Translations under genes and position numbers: made by a program
NCBI GenBank assembly: GCA_951406725.2
Contig: OX597817.1
Location: forward strand, 16,988,001-17,052,000
DNA: 64,000 nt
From: Octopus vulgaris
Lineage: Eukaryota
Direction of reading: 5' to 3'
In this document: piece by piece, positions 37,295-51,912 of the stretch
How the letters are laid out: every line of letters begins with the position of its first letter
Position numbering within the stretch: position 1 is the stretch's first letter
The notes under the pieces: generated by a model
Databases searched by the model: none
Told to the model about the DNA's origin: nothing
Seen by the model: only the letters and a program-made list of their open reading frames with translations

Positions 37295-38205
37295 ATTGGT
37301 CATAGGTTTCCAATGAGCCAATCACAGGTTTACTGTATTTCCGATGAGGAAAGTGACAAGGGAGTGTTTATACAACTCGGATTTCTGATGGAATATAAAC
37401 ATGACAGAGTATCTGTTTTACTTTTGTTTTTTTTTTCCTGACATTTACATCCTTCAGCAGCAGTGAAAGATATTCTTTCATTCGTTTACATGTTTCACTC
37501 ATAAGACTGTGGCTATGTTAGGATAGGCACTGCCCTGAATGCTTTAGTCAAATTCTATCAGTCTCTTTTTGCTTAAACGCTAGTTACAGGGGTGTAAACA
37601 AACCAACACCAGTTGCCAGGCAGTGGTGGGGACAAATACAGACATTTACACATGTGTGTATGCACAATAAGCTTCATTCAGTTTCCATCTATCAAATTCA
37701 CTTACAAACAAGGCTTTGGTTGCTCTCATAGTAGAAGACATTTGCCCAAGGTGCCAGAGTGAAAAATTTCTTACCTTTTAATTACTAGATGACATATTAC
37801 CAGGATAGAGCCAGAAACCACATATCTGTATGTAATGTCAAGGGAAACATAACCTTTTGCTTGTTCTGTGTATCACTTGTGATAGATGACATATTTCCCT
37901 GATGTCCATGCATCATATATGATACGCATTACTGTTTTTTTCTTTTTCTTTAACCATTAGCATAACATGGAACTGATGAAAGGAAAGCTTTATATTATTC
38001 ATAGTGGATGAAACAAAGCCTAACTAAAAGTCTGACAACAAGCATGGACATTAACAAAATTATGAAAATGCTTTGGACCCTCAATATTATCTACAATTGA
38101 ATTAACATGCCAATGAGCAAGTATGTGGTCACTTAAATAATTTGAATTACCAGCCAAATTTCCCTCATGTCATACCCTACCATCTCTGAAAAAAAAAAAA
38201 AAGAT

Positions 38206-38608
38206 GGGAGTGGCTGTGTGGTAAGTAGCTTGCTAACCAACCACATGGTTCCGGGTTCAGTCCCACTGTGTGGCATCTTGGACAAGTGTCTTCTGCTATG
38301 GCCCCGGGCCGACCAATGCCTTGTGAGTGGATTTGGTAGACGGAAACTGAAAGAAGCCTGTCGTATATATGTATATGTATATATCTGTATGTGTGTGTTT
38401 GTGTGTCTGTGTTTGTCCCCCTAGCATTGCTTGACAACCGATGCTGGTGTGTTTACGTCCCCGTCACTTAGCGGTTCAGCAAAAGAGACCGATAGAATAA
38501 ATACTAGACTTACAAAGAATAAGTCCTGGGGTCGATTTCCTTGACTAAAGGCGGTGCTCCAGCATGGCCGCAGTCAAGTGACTGAAACAAGTAAAAGAGT
38601 AAAGAGTA
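38206..38608 (+). mobile_element. SINE family A
   Basis: near full-length copy. Confidence 0.9.
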
Positions 38609-39003
38609 AGGGATAGCATACACTCGGTTACAGAGGAAATCAAAAGGAATATTCAAAGAGATGACAAGAATAATTAATTATATTTTATTTTCCCTTTATT
38701 TCCTACTGACTAATAGAAAGCAGACTATTTCCGGTTTTGTTGGTATAATAATTCAATTATAATTACACAGCACATGGTTTGTGAGTATAGAACAGAACAT
38801 AGTTTCTTGGTTTATGGCAGTTTTGTTGTTTGTATTATAACATACGTTGGTATTGCATGGTTGTCCTTCACAGGAAATCTATAGCTAGGGTAATACTTAT
38901 TGTAGGGTTTGGAGATTTTGCTGCATATATATATATATAAAGGATTTGGGAAAATATAACATTTTAATTTACTGCTTCAATCAAGGCAAAGTTTATGTTA
39001 GAA

Positions 39004-39870
39004 TCATCATCATCATTGTTTAACGTCCGCTTTGCATGCTAGCATGGGTTGGACGATTTGACTGAGGACTGGTGAACCAGATGGCTGCACCAGGCTCCAA
39101 TCTGATCGGGCAGAGTTTCTACAGCTGGATGCCTTTCCTAATGCCAACCACTCCGAGAGTGTAGTGGGTGCTTTTACATGCCACCGGCACGAGGGCCAGT
39201 TAGGCAGTACTGGCCACAGCCACGCTCAAATGGTGTTTTTTATGTGCCACCTGCACAGGAGCCAGTCCAGCGGCACTGGTAACAACCTTGCTCAAATGTT
39301 TTTTCACATGCCACCGGCACAAGTGCCAGTAAGGCGACGCTGGTAACGATCACACTCAAATGGTGCTTTTTACGTGCCACTGTCCATATTTTTACATAAT
39401 GCATTGATTCATCATCATCATTTAACGTCTGCTTTCCATGCTAGCATGGGTTGGACAATTTGACTGAGGGCTGCACCAGGCTTCAATCTTGATCTGGCAG
39501 AGTTTCTATAGCTGCATGCCCTTCCTAACACCAACCACTCTGAGAGTGTAGTGGGTGCTTTTACATGCCACCGGCACGGGGCCAGTCAGGCGGCACAGGC
39601 AACAACCTCACTCGAATCTTTTACACATTCCACCGGCACAGGTGCCAGTAAGGCGATGCTGGTAACGATCACGCTCGAATGGTGTTTTTTACATGCCACC
39701 GGCACGGAGGCCAGATAGCCACTCTAGCAACTCGGATGGTGCTCTTAATACCCTACTAGCACGGGGCTCAAGTGCCAGTAAGGCGACGCTGGTAACGATC
39801 ACACTCGAATGGTGCCTTTTAAGTGCCACTGGCATGGAAGCTGGTTAGCCGCTCTGTCAATGATCACATT
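39004..39870 (-). mobile_element. two adjacent RTE 3' UTR fragments (39004-39382, 39410-39870)
   Basis: (CAT)n starts and GTGCCACCGGCAC-containing repeats. Confidence 0.85.
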
Positions 39871-40022
39871 CATTAGGTGACAAAATATTTATACATATTT
39901 TATTATTTATGAGGTTAATATGTACAACTCAGTATTGGCAAGCAGTAAAGAAAAAGTATAGAACACATGTAATCTTAAAGTGGTAGAAATAAACAATGCA
40001 AAAAAAGTTTATCAATATAATG

Positions 40023-40436
40023 CAATGTTTCTCAACCTTTTTGCTAATGGGAAATATTTGAAATAAATTCTGTTTCTTAAGGAACCCTCCATAAAAATTA
40101 TATATCTTTGCTTTATGAAATTCAACTCTATGAAAGAGAAAGACAAACATCTTTACCAAGACCTTATTTAAGAACCAGTTACCCTACAGTTCCCTATTAA
40201 TAGGTCATTTTTCCTGTATGGTTTCCTTACTAACTGCAGATATTGGGAGTTTAACTATCTAAGAGAATGTGCTTTGCAGGTATAAAAAATTATGAATATA
40301 GAATTAAACTCACAAAAAAAAAAACCCCACTTATATTTGCATAAAATCCACTTATTTATTATAATTTTTCACAGAACCTCAGAGACCTCTTACAGAGTCC
40401 TAAAGTTCTGGAGGAAATACTAGTTGGGAAATACTG
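40023..40436. mobile_element. degraded hAT/Charlie-like MITE
   Basis: CAATGTTTCTCAAC ... GTTGGGAAATACTG inverted ends. Confidence 0.5.
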
Positions 40437-41058
40437 ACATGATGATTTGAGAGAGCTGAAAAAGTTGATGCAGTCAAGACAGAATTAGAGCAAACCAAGA
40501 CAGCTTATTTATGGTTGCCAAGTTAAAATCAGCAACAGAAGGTAAAAAGGCCAACTTCTGTTTTAATTGCTAAAATGGTTGGCTGATTACTGGTCTCTAA
40601 AATGTCACCTAAAACAAGGCTGCTACATATTATTCTTCTTGGAAAATGGACAGGATGGTTATGACTTGAATATCTTTGATCACAGCTCTACTCACCTGGG
40701 GCTGATTCTTGTTGTCAACAATAACATATGAAATTTATCTTAAGACTGGATTAATTTTTGATCAGAATAAAATAACAATTAGGATTTAAGCATGTTTAAT
40801 ATTGATAACCACATGTAAGCTGGTACTTGATGGTAACGTAAGCAGACTCTCAGTTTGATAACATTTTATGTTTAAAAAAAAAACTAATTTTAATTGACCA
40901 TAATTTGAGACCAAATATGTAACACTGATTGTACTTTTGAATTAAAAATATCAAGCTCGGAGCTTTACTTTGTTGGATTTTTGCAAAAGTCATACATTTC
41001 ATTTGTTAAACCCTTTTTTGTCTCATACCCCACTTCTATCTTCCACCATGAACAGACA

Positions 41059-41107
<49 letters not shown>

Positions 41108-41110
<3 letters not shown>

Positions 41111-41368
41111 ATAAAAATGGTAAGACAACAAAAGAATGAAAGTGACCTCGATATTATCTAAATAGAGGAATTTATCTGTAAATGTAATATGTGACAATTA
41201 TTTGGTAGCCATGATAAAACTCCGAGTTTCGGATGCCGAGGTGGAAATCCACACCACCATCTCTTCAGTTATCCAGATAACTGAATAGATGGTGGATTTC
41301 TTCCTTGGCATCCGAAACTCGGAGTTTTATCTTGGCTACCGAATAACTGTCACATATTACATTTACAA
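41108..41368. mobile_element. inverted pair of hammerhead-containing Penelope-like repeats (family H2)
   Basis: arms meet at 41273-41276; (TA)n on both sides; matches 10163-10350. Confidence 0.85.
41213..41273 (-). ncRNA. type I hammerhead ribozyme (H2, intact core)
   Basis: stem I GATAA/TTATC, CTGAAGA, stem II GATG..CATC plus one extra C, GAAA, stem III CTC-G-GAG, GUU cleavage triplet. Confidence 0.75.
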
Positions 41369-43432
41369 ATATATATATATATATATATTCAAAAGAGGTT
41401 TTAATTAAAACTTTGTTACAAGTCTTATTCACTTGGTACTCTCTATTCTGAAGTATTTTGCCCCACAAAAATATTGGTTTCAAATTTTGGCACAAGGCTG
41501 AGAAGTGCTAAGTTGATCCCAATGTTCAACTGGTACTTTTTCTATCAACCCTAAAAGGATGAATGAAATGACAGTCAACCTCAGTAGAATTTTAACTTGG
41601 AACCCAAAGATAGATGAAATCCTGCTAAGCATTTTGTCCAGCATGCTAACAAGTCTGACGGCTTGCTGCCTTGTTACCCAACAAAAATATTGCCATACCA
41701 TTCTAGTGGTAATGTGCATTCCTTTCCCCACACCATCTTGAGAAACTGATTTAGCTCGATGTACTATTAGTGAACCCAATGACCTTGTCATGGATAGAAA
41801 TCAGTGACGAATTCAAATTGGCTAGTATTGAATCCACAACATCACTTATGCTATGGATTTCTTTTTATGAAGATGAAGATGAAAGATGTAGAACTATAAC
41901 AAAGATAAAGAATCTTTTGAAACAGGATATTTTGGTCATCACACTTAAATCATGAAAAGCATAAAATTGATACAAAATACAGGAAAATGTATTCCAGCTG
42001 TTATCTTTAACTCAAACCACCATGATAGTAATAGAGAAAATTGTGAGCTTTTTACAAATCTGCAAATTGGATTTTCTAATTTTAACTGAATATCAATATG
42101 ACTACTTAAGGAACCTCTGCTTGTCAGGTATGCTAGAAATAGAAGTCAAATCTGTCAAATCACAGCTTACAATCTTATAATCTTTAAAAAAAAAAAAAAT
42201 TAAAAAATGGGACACACTCATCAACTTAATTCCACATACCTCTTAAGATAGGTTGGTCATAACTGGAATGTTTTTCAGGATAACTCAACTCAGTCAAGGG
42301 ATTGGTGTTAGGCTAAATAACAAGAAAATATGTTCAACTAAGATTTTCTTTTTCTAATTTTGGCACAGTCTAGGTAATTTTGTGGGGATGGGGTTAGTCG
42401 ATAACATCAGCCTTAGTACTTGACTGGTACTTTATTTCATTGACCCCGAAGAGACGAAAAGCAGAGTTTACATCAGCAGGATTTGAGCTCAGATTGTAAA
42501 GAACCAGAAGAAATGCTAAGAATTCTGTCCAATGTATTGAGTCTGCCAACTCTGAAATGCTACAATTACTGTTGCCTTAGAATCATTTAAATACAAATTT
42601 TGTTTCAATCTTTTGGTGTGGATTAATATTAGTTATTTTAAAGATTTTAAACACCAAATGACAGTAAATTACTCTCTATATGTAATATTCTGTATTAAGA
42701 TCTTAGCTATTCTATAGAGAATCTTTGAACACAGTTAATTTAAGGACTGCAGTACATGCTTCAGTTGATGAACCTTTGCATTGCAGATGTTGTAGTTATT
42801 ATCCCAGTAATTATCTTTAACTATACCATTCATTCTGGATACTCGTTACTCGTTTACTCGTTTCAGTCATTTGACTGTGGCCATGCTGGAGCACCGCCTT
42901 TTTAGATAAACTTAGCAGCCTGCTGTGACCAGGATAGCCAACATTTTTGTAAGAACCTAAGCATGTCTTCACTTTTTCTATTTTTATTAATGGCAGAAAA
43001 GCCATGCCCATGATCCCTTTTGAGACTTCTGTGATTGGGAGGAAAGAAGTTATTCTCTGATGTGAGACCTGGTCTGAATGCTTGCAACCAAGCCAACTTT
43101 ACTGTCACCCAGGGGCCTAGTAGTGCTGTTAAACTGGTTGACAGATTTAGTCTACTACCCAAGAACAAAATCCCTCAGATGAGCTTCCCTTGCTATTTCC
43201 ATTTATCAAATTTCATTCACAAGAATATTTAGGCCAAGGTGAAAGACACTTAACTCAAGGTTCTGCAAAGTGGGATTGAACCCAGAACTACATAATTGTG
43301 AAGTGAACTTCTTAACCACAACAGTCATGAGCAAAAATAGTCCAGAATCAAGCCCTGTATTAATCCATATCCAGAACAGTATGTTACCATCATTCACAGT
43401 TACATTTAATAAGATAACTACATATTAATATT

Positions 43433-43823
43433 ACTCTTTTACTTGTTTCAGTCATTTGACTGCGGCCATGCTGGAGCGCCGCCTTTAGTCGAGCAAATCG
43501 ACCCCGGGACTTATTCTTTGTAAGCCCAATACTTATTCTATCGGTCTCTTTTGCCAAACCGCTAAGTGACGGGGACGTAAACACACCAGCATCGGTTGTC
43601 AAGCAATGCTAGGGGGACAAACACAGACACACAAACATATACACACACACTTATATATATATATACATATATACGACAGGCTTCTTTCAGTTTCCGTCTA
43701 CCAAATCCACTCACAAGGCATTGGTCGGCAGAAGACACTTGCCCAAGATGCCACGCAGTGGGACTGAACCCGGAACCATGTGGTTGGTTAGCAAGCTACT
43801 TACCACACAGCCACTCCTGCGCC
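43433..43823 (-). mobile_element. SINE family A
   Basis: full-length reverse copy with small internal deletion. Confidence 0.9.
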
Positions 43824-45281
43824 TATTAGTTATTTTAGAAACTTTGTTCATTGTCAGTTTTCAGTCATCTGTTGTACTAATTTGATGTGTGTTCAGTTTT
43901 CTTTTGCCATTAATATTAGCCTTTTATTGTTAATATGGCCCTCTTTTCTGAATGTATTAGCTGCACCCAAACTTAAAAAAAAAAATTCATTCTCCCCATC
44001 TCATTGTCCTTATTATATGCCATTATCTAATATTGTCCACTAAATAATATACAAAATCTTTCTATAGAAATAACACGTTTTTAGAACCCTACTCATGTCT
44101 TCTGTTTTTGCTAGGCATTTCAGAATTAACAACAATCAACTTCACCTAACTTCCTAACTTCCAATATATAATTCTATGAAGTCTATATCTCCAGACTTTC
44201 GCCTCACTACTTCCTTCCTGAAAGCAACATAAAAAGTGGAAATAAATTGAATCAATTTATGGATAATTTGTTATTCAGTGAGTTATGTTTCTGTGACAGA
44301 AATGGACATAGAATCGTTTTACTTCTTCACTTCTTGGTTTTTGATGTTTTACTTTCCCTTTTCCTCTTCTGTTTGTCCCACTTGTAGCGAAGTTAAAACA
44401 TTTACTTAATAGCTCTGATATTGAAATATGATGCTTTTCAGAATGACTTAGTCTTGTTTTAGGAGAGAAGTTCCTGTTTGTCTGCATTACTATTCACTGT
44501 GGTTTATATTGCATTTAGAATTATGATTTGGTCTCATAATCTTACTGATGCTATTTTCTACAATTGTTTTTTTAACTTTAAACATTCAGTGGCAGATAAA
44601 TTTTCACTTTGGCACCATATTTTAGAAATGAAAAATTGTTTTGGTTTATATTGCAAATGGATGAAATTCTAATGAAAATGCAATTACATAAAACTGGAAA
44701 ATATTGGTACTGGATCTGTTTGTTGTGCATATATTGTTCCAAAACATTTGATAGATTGGTGGTGGGAGTTAAATAACATTAAAAAAGGTTATAATCATAA
44801 AGTATAATATTCTCTAGTTTGTCTTTGAATCAAAGCTAAAAATCTAAATATCTTTCAAAAACAGTTTCCGAAAGAATTTTATTCATATTTTTGTTTTCTT
44901 TTTTTTCATTTTTTTTTTTCAATAATTGATAATTTAATGATCTTCCCATAAAGATTTTCTTCCAAAATATTTTACATATTCCACTTTTCTCCTGTATTTT
45001 CATAATTTTTATTTTAGTGGTTACTTTGCTACCTGAGCTACCAGTCTTATATACTAACAATGTGTAAAAGAAAATATTGCTTTTTCAATGTAATTTAATT
45101 CATTTCTGAATATGGAAATATACTGCAGCCATTAATGTATGAATGTTCTGTGTTTATATATCAGTACATTATAATCAAGTAAAATATATTCAGTAGAAAC
45201 CTCCCCGACTCTTCATAAAACCAGACCTATTAGGGGTAAACTTAGACCATCTTTTATTTTCTCCTTCGGTGTGGCGGTGAA

Positions 45282-45435
45282 GGCGCGTGGCTAGGTTGCC
45301 AGGGTATTCGGGTTCGCGATCGCAAGGTCGTGGGTTCGATCGTTGGCGGCGTATTGTGACCTTGCTCAAGACACTTTATATAATGGCAGTGCCCCAGCAT
45401 GGCCACGGCTTGTGAGCTGAAACTAGATAAATAAA
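45282..45435 (+). mobile_element. short tRNA-derived CORE-like SINE (OR2-like), internally deleted
   Basis: GGCGCGTGGCTAGG..GGTTCGATC head, TGTGACCTTGCTCAAGACACTT, tail GGCAGTGCCCCAGCATGGCCAC shared with family A. Confidence 0.6.
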
Positions 45436-45901
45436 AAATTTTTTAAATATCACAGGATATAAAATGATAAAGATGTTTGTCTGTTTTGCTTGTTTTTGTT
45501 TTTTTTTTCCAAGCTGTCCTGGAGACTTATTTGAAGCAGTATTTTTGTGGTTGGATGGTCTTCTTGCTGGTGGTCCTTAAATTCCACAGGTCTTTTAAAG
45601 GGACAGTTACAGGATATATAATTTACAGGCAATATAAATATGGCATCAATGTTTTGCTCAGTCATTGGAATATCAACATTCATACTTATATGCACACGCA
45701 TGCATGCTCACCCCCCCCCTTCCATACAGTTTTTGCCTACCAATTTCACTTACAAAGCATCAGTCAGCCCAGGGCTATAGTAGTAGGCACCTGCCCCCAA
45801 GGTGCTATACAGTGGGATAGAGCCCAAAACCAAATGGTTACAAAGCAATGCTATCGCCACTCAGCAGTGCCTGCAGGCTATTGTTGACCTATGTCTGTTT
45901 A

Positions 45902-46123
45902 GGTGGCGAGCTGGCAGAAGCGTTAGCGCGCTGGGCGAAATGCTTAGCGGTATTTCGTCTGTCGTTACATTCTGAGTTCAAATTCCGCCGAGGTCGACTT
46001 TGCCTTTCATCCTTTCGGGGTTGATAAATTAAAGTACCAGTTACGCACTGGGGTTGATGTAATCAACTTAATTCCTTTGTTTGTCCCCTCTATGTTTAGC
46101 CCCTTGTGGGCAGTAAAGAAATA
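45902..46123 (+). mobile_element. SINE family B
   Basis: full-length copy, TSD-like TATGTCTGTTT. Confidence 0.9.
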
Positions 46124-46879
46124 TATGTCTGTTTCTGTAACTGTGTTTATGTATAAATATAAATGTATGTTTACCAAAAACATTTTTTGTCTAGTCATTG
46201 TGTATTGGTTTGATTGAAAATCTTATCTATCCTCTTAATTCCTAAAGTGAACATTATATTCTAAAGAAAAGTAAATAGGATGGTGTGAAGATTATTCCTT
46301 TCCGATTGAAAATTGGCAGCATAAAAGTGAATTAACTTCCTTCTGGAGTTGAAGCTGCACAGAGATATGAGCTTGTTTAACATTGCCTCTTGCTCTGTTA
46401 ATGCTCATACTACTACGTACGTAAATATATAAACATAAATAGCCATCATTTTTATCAGATCACCTGTCTGTTCTTTCAGTTCTACACAACATCCATGTAT
46501 TGCAAAGTATAAATATTTATGTCTACATATATCTGGAAGAAGTCAACTTCTATTACAAACTGGAAAATGTAAGTGCATTTATGAATTGCACAATTTATAA
46601 GCTCTCTCTCACCTTCAAACTGCAGCTAGTTGGCTGTTCCTTTGCCAAGAAAGATACTATACAAACTAAGTATAATTCTTCCACCCACCACACAATTAAG
46701 ATGGCCCTGTAAGTTGTTAATAAACCCGTGTTATTTGCTGTCCATTGCAACTACTCACTCATACTCATAACTCCCTACCTAAACTTCTCTTTTCAATTTT
46801 ACTCCTCTCTCTGCCACGTTTGTTACATGCAAAAACTCTTTCTCCATACCAACAGACTGAATCAGTTCTGACTTCTCTT

Positions 46880-47292
46880 ACTCTTTACTCTTTTACTTGT
46901 TTCAGTCATTTGACAGCGGCCATGCTGGAGCACCGCCTTTAATCGAGCAACTCGACCGCGGGACTTATTCTTTTGTAAGCCCAGTACTTATTCTATCGGT
47001 CTCTTTTGCCGAACCGCTAAGTAACAGGGACATAAACACACCAGCATCAGTTGTCAAGCAATGCTCGGGGGACAAACACAGACACACAAACACACATGCA
47101 TATATATATATATATATATATGCATATATACGACGGACTTCTTCCAGTTTCCGTCTACCAAATCCACTCACAAGGTTTTGGTCAGCCTGAGGCTATAGTA
47201 GAAGACACTTGCCCAAGGTGCCACGCAGTAGGACTGAACCTGGAACCATGTGGTTGGTAAGCAAGCTACTGACCACGCAGCCACTCCTGTAC
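46880..47292 (-). mobile_element. SINE family A
   Basis: full-length reverse copy. Confidence 0.9.
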
Positions 47293-47817
47293 CTGACTGT
47301 TCTTTCCAATATCTAAAATCAGTCTACTCCACAGCTAGCTCTTATCCTTCCAAACTCTTTGAGCTTTCTTTCTCTTCAGTATTTTGTTAGCGTACCTCAT
47401 TTTCACTGACCCTGCTGACTACCAACCTATCATCCTTAAAACCTTGAGATGATGGTGGAATCAGTCATAAACAATTATTCCACTTTGTATCCACTACAAT
47501 GGTAAACAGGTATCCCATAGATTTGTTCTGTTACCTTATGCATAAATGATCTCTTGCCCCTGAAAATTTCAATGTAAACTATGTTGTTAATCTTAACATC
47601 TGAATTTCAAATGTATCTAGTAAAATTGCACACCTATGAGAAATCTGTTTTTCATGTTTTGAATATATATATATATATATATATTAGATCACCCCAATGC
47701 AGCAGGTGTTAAAATTCTTCCTAGCCTACACTCTATCAACTGTGATGTACTATAACTTTCAGTTTAATATCCCACACTTTTCCTTCTTAGCTTTCTGCAC
47801 ATTAGTGTTCTCCATAC

Positions 47818-48490
47818 AGATCTTTTCCATTTAGCAGACAGTTTCAGTTTGATTTCATATTCAGTGTACTGATACACTTTATAGGCTAATCAGTGCCATG
47901 AAAATCATTTTCGCTATAAATCAATAAATAAAGAATTACTAGCTATTGAAGTTTGAAAATTTGGGGTAATTTTAGCCAATCGTTAGTCACACACATTTAT
48001 GCCTGTTTCCATAGTAACTCTTTTCTGTGAGAAAGCACATGTTGATAAATATACTGAAACCACTTGTTGATGCTTTGTTCTATCATTTTACCCACCTGGA
48101 AATTTTATCATTCTGTTTGATTATGGCAGCAAACTCTGGTAACCTTGCATTTATGATAGAGACATACATTAAGTGCATATTGAGTGCTTAAAACTACAAA
48201 AGATGTCTATTCATTTTCTGCATGTAAAATACAAATATTGACAACATATGCTATTTTCAGGATATTGACAAAATGTACTGTCACGCACAAAATGACAGCT
48301 TCCAAATCTTACTTCCTAACTGGGTGAAAATGATCAAACTTCAAACCTCTATAACTTTGTAAAACTTTTTCTGGAAAAAGTGAAATAACTCCAGTAATTC
48401 AGCTTGGAAAACTACATTAATGTACCAAATTAAAAATTTTTTAGATAGACTTTAATTTTTGAGACCTTAGTAGCCAAACAGAAAAGATCC
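47818..48490. mobile_element. non-autonomous DNA transposon with 8-bp TSD (Merlin-like)
   Basis: TSD CTCCATAC at 47810-47817 and 48491-48498; termini AGATCTTTTC / GAAAAGATCC. Confidence 0.7.
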
Positions 48491-49307
48491 CTCCATACAA
48501 AAGCTATGCATTTCGTTTCCAATTAGAGCTTTTTAATCTTACCTCCTTCACCAACAGCAAAAAGCAGTCACTCTACATATCAAGAAAATTATCTGACATC
48601 TTTCTTAGGAATTAACAACACACAGCTAATACTAAAAATGCTAAGCCTCTGCTCATTTCTCACAGTGACTTTGCATTTATAATTTTGCTGAAACTGCATG
48701 TCAAAGATTATGTTTCCTGTTCAAGATCAGGAAATACTTCAGTGCTTCCCATTGGCTGACCATCTACAGTGCTCAAATAAGACCCATATGAGATTTCTAC
48801 TCCCATATCTGGCATGTTAATCAATGCTGTTATACACACAGACATCCTAATCACTTTCACAGATGGTTATTCGGTTAATTGGCTAAGAATCACTCACCAA
48901 TTCATTATACAATGATGAGCTCACAGCTTTGCTGGTCTTTTCTCTTTGTCCCTTCTACCACTACCAGAATGGTATCTGCTCCTCTGAACTAAGAAACTCT
49001 ATTCTATCTCCATCTGTGCTCAACTTGCAAATGTGTGACTTCACCTAAATTGTTGTTTAACCTCATTCAAGTCTGTTAGCCTTGATTCAGCAGGCCTACA
49101 ATTAAATGCTTACTAGCAGTGATCATCTCATCCTATTCTCTTCTTCAGACATACTTTATCTAGAACTACAATGTCTAGTTGCATACGGTCTTTTAAGAAA
49201 GTAGGGCATGACTTATGGGAGATTGGCTGTCCAACACTCTTACAGATGTCACTTTACAGATGTTCAAACTAAACATATGTAGTGAACCAAAATATATAGA
49301 GAGAAAC

Positions 49308-49680
49308 GGAGGCGCAATGGCCCAGTGGTTAGGGCAGCGGACTCGCGGTTGTAGGATCGCGGTTTCGATTCCCAGACCGGGCGTTGTGAGTGTTTATTGA
49401 GCGAAAACACCTAAAGCTCCACGAGGCTCCGGCAGGGATGGTGGTGATCCCTGCTGTACTCTTTCACCGCAACTTTCTCTCACTCTTTCTTCCTGTTTCT
49501 GTTGTACCTGTATTTCAAAGGGTCGGCCTTGTCACTCTCTGTGTCACGCTGAATATCCCCGGGAACTACGTTAAGGGTGCACGTGTCTGTGGAGTGCTCA
49601 GCCACTTACACGTTAATTTCACGAGCAGGCTGTTCCGTTGATCGGATCAACCGGAACCCTCGTTGTCGTAACTTCCATCC
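49308..49680 (+). mobile_element. SINE family C
   Basis: matches 11859-12243; TSD-like ATATAGAG(AG)AAAC. Confidence 0.9.
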
Positions 49681-50612
49681 ATATAGAGAAACACTCAGTG
49701 ACTGTTAACCTGATCCGGTCACTTGAATGGTCTGCAAAGGTTCTGGGCACTGCCCTTCCTTTTCTAGGTAATATGAAAACAATGCTCATGTACACGTGTA
49801 CATCTATACATGCATACTTAGATGCATGTGATGTGAGATATATTTTGTCATTTCAGCTGAGGCATTGTAGTGCACATTGACTGAATTCCTTTATTCTCAA
49901 TTGTTGCTATTTCATACAACTTGTGCAAAATTTTGTGAAGTTTCTAATTTTCTGATGGAAATCCTTGCATTCATTCATTCACTGATGTACATCTGGTGTT
50001 TAAATTTTAAATAGACTCTGCTATTAACATTGACAAAAGAATACCATTGAGCAATAATCCATTTCCTCCAGCATTAAATTTTCCTATTGAATTTCAAGTT
50101 TGAAGTACAACATCTGTGAATAATTGTAATAATTCTTTATTTTTTTCATCTCATGCATAGATCTCAAACAAATTTTTTTTTTCCTATATTTATCATTGCG
50201 GAGGGACTTATTTTTTCTCAAGTATTTTTCATTGTATTGCATTATATTTCTGACTGATTCTGTTTACAAAGAAATGTGTTTTAAACAACAAAACTTAGTT
50301 ATACTCTCCACCTCCCCACATAGCATAGAAACAATTGTTATACATAACTATGAGTGTAATCTCAGTTTTATAATACAATTCTATAAATAGCCCCACTAGC
50401 CATAGCAGGGGGACAGTTTCGTAAGGGCCAGTGCTTAAACTCTGTATCACATTAAACAAAAGAAAAGTAAAGGATAGGACACAAGCCTTTCACAAGAAAT
50501 ATTTCAAGATGTTCTGATATATTTTTCCAACAGAAAACTGAAGTAAGTTGTTTAAGTGTACAGATTCTTTATAAATTAAACTACTGAGTATTTTGCTTCT
50601 GTGTAAGCTTTA

Positions 50613-51041
50613 TGAGAGGGTGCTGAAAAGTTTCTAGCTTTGGGTAAAAGAAAACACAGGTGGATCAGTTAATTATGATTTAATTCAACATATTTCCCTC
50701 TCAGATTCACACAGTTATTACAGCAGTCCTTCAGTTTTTCTAAGCCCTGTAAAAGAACACTGAAGGTTGGGCCTTTCACAATACCCTTAACCCTTTTGTT
50801 ACTGTATTTATTTTGAGACGCTCAGTGTTTCTTTCAATTATTTTAAATATAACAAAGAATTTAGTAAAATAACTTAGTTATCATTCAACTAGTGTTATGA
50901 ACATAAATTGTGACTAAGGTTTGGTGGAAGATTTTAATTCAAAATTTATGAAAACAAGACATTTGTACTCAGAGCCAGAGCTGGTTTCAGCCGGGTTGCT
51001 AACAAAAGGGTTATGGTCGGTAACTTTTTAGCATTCCATCA
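50613..51041. mobile_element. mariner-type MITE M1 with nested piggyBac-like MITE P1 (50791-51010)
   Basis: matches 61907-62088, interrupted at its internal TTAA. Confidence 0.8.
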
Positions 51042-51912
51042 TAAATAGAATATAATATCTATTTTCATGTCTAAAAGTTAAATAAATAAGTCATAAAACA
51101 TTTCAAGTTTAATTAACATATTTCATAGTTATTTGAACTTTGAAGAGAGATGTGGGTAGTTTAAGTTTTGAAGTATTGACTACTCTCCTTCCTAAACTAT
51201 ATTTCAACTTACTAATTACTCATTCCCTGAGGATCTTGCATCATATTTTTCCTTCCAATTGACTTTGACAAGCAGTGGTCATTGAACCAAATATTTGGGT
51301 TTGTATGTATCTGGTTCCCAACTTCATATTATTCATTTCTGCAATTTTCTAACATGGATTTTATTTGTTTGTTTATTTAGTTCACATAAGATGCAAGATT
51401 AGTGTTTTATTTTCGTTCATTTTTCCATTTTCCCTGATTCTCAATATCCAGTATGGTTTAGAGCTGCCAGGAATAATGACTTCAACCAATATAGCAACTT
51501 TCAGATACTCAAAACACACAAGCCACTTTCACCATGATAAACTACACAACTAAATGCAGTTGTAACTATGTACCCACACCAGAAATAGGGCAGCTAAAAG
51601 AAAATAAAGACTCAACAAAAAAAAAAAAACATGCAAAAACATATATTGCTTTATTCTATAATTAACAGAAAATGGGAAAATATATTTTCTATTTACCAAT
51701 AGTGGGTTTGTTGGACTGTGACCTGTTTTGATCAGCAAATTAAAATTATTGTAAATATAAAAAAAAAGTGGGGATTTCAAATTTAGCATCAAGAAATAGT
51801 GCTCAAAATACAATGAATTATCCTGAAAACAGGAGTGAATGCAGTGTTGGTGTGTGCGTGTGTGCACAAGTGAGTCTTCAGAGACACATGAAAGTATATA
51901 TGTGTGTATATA

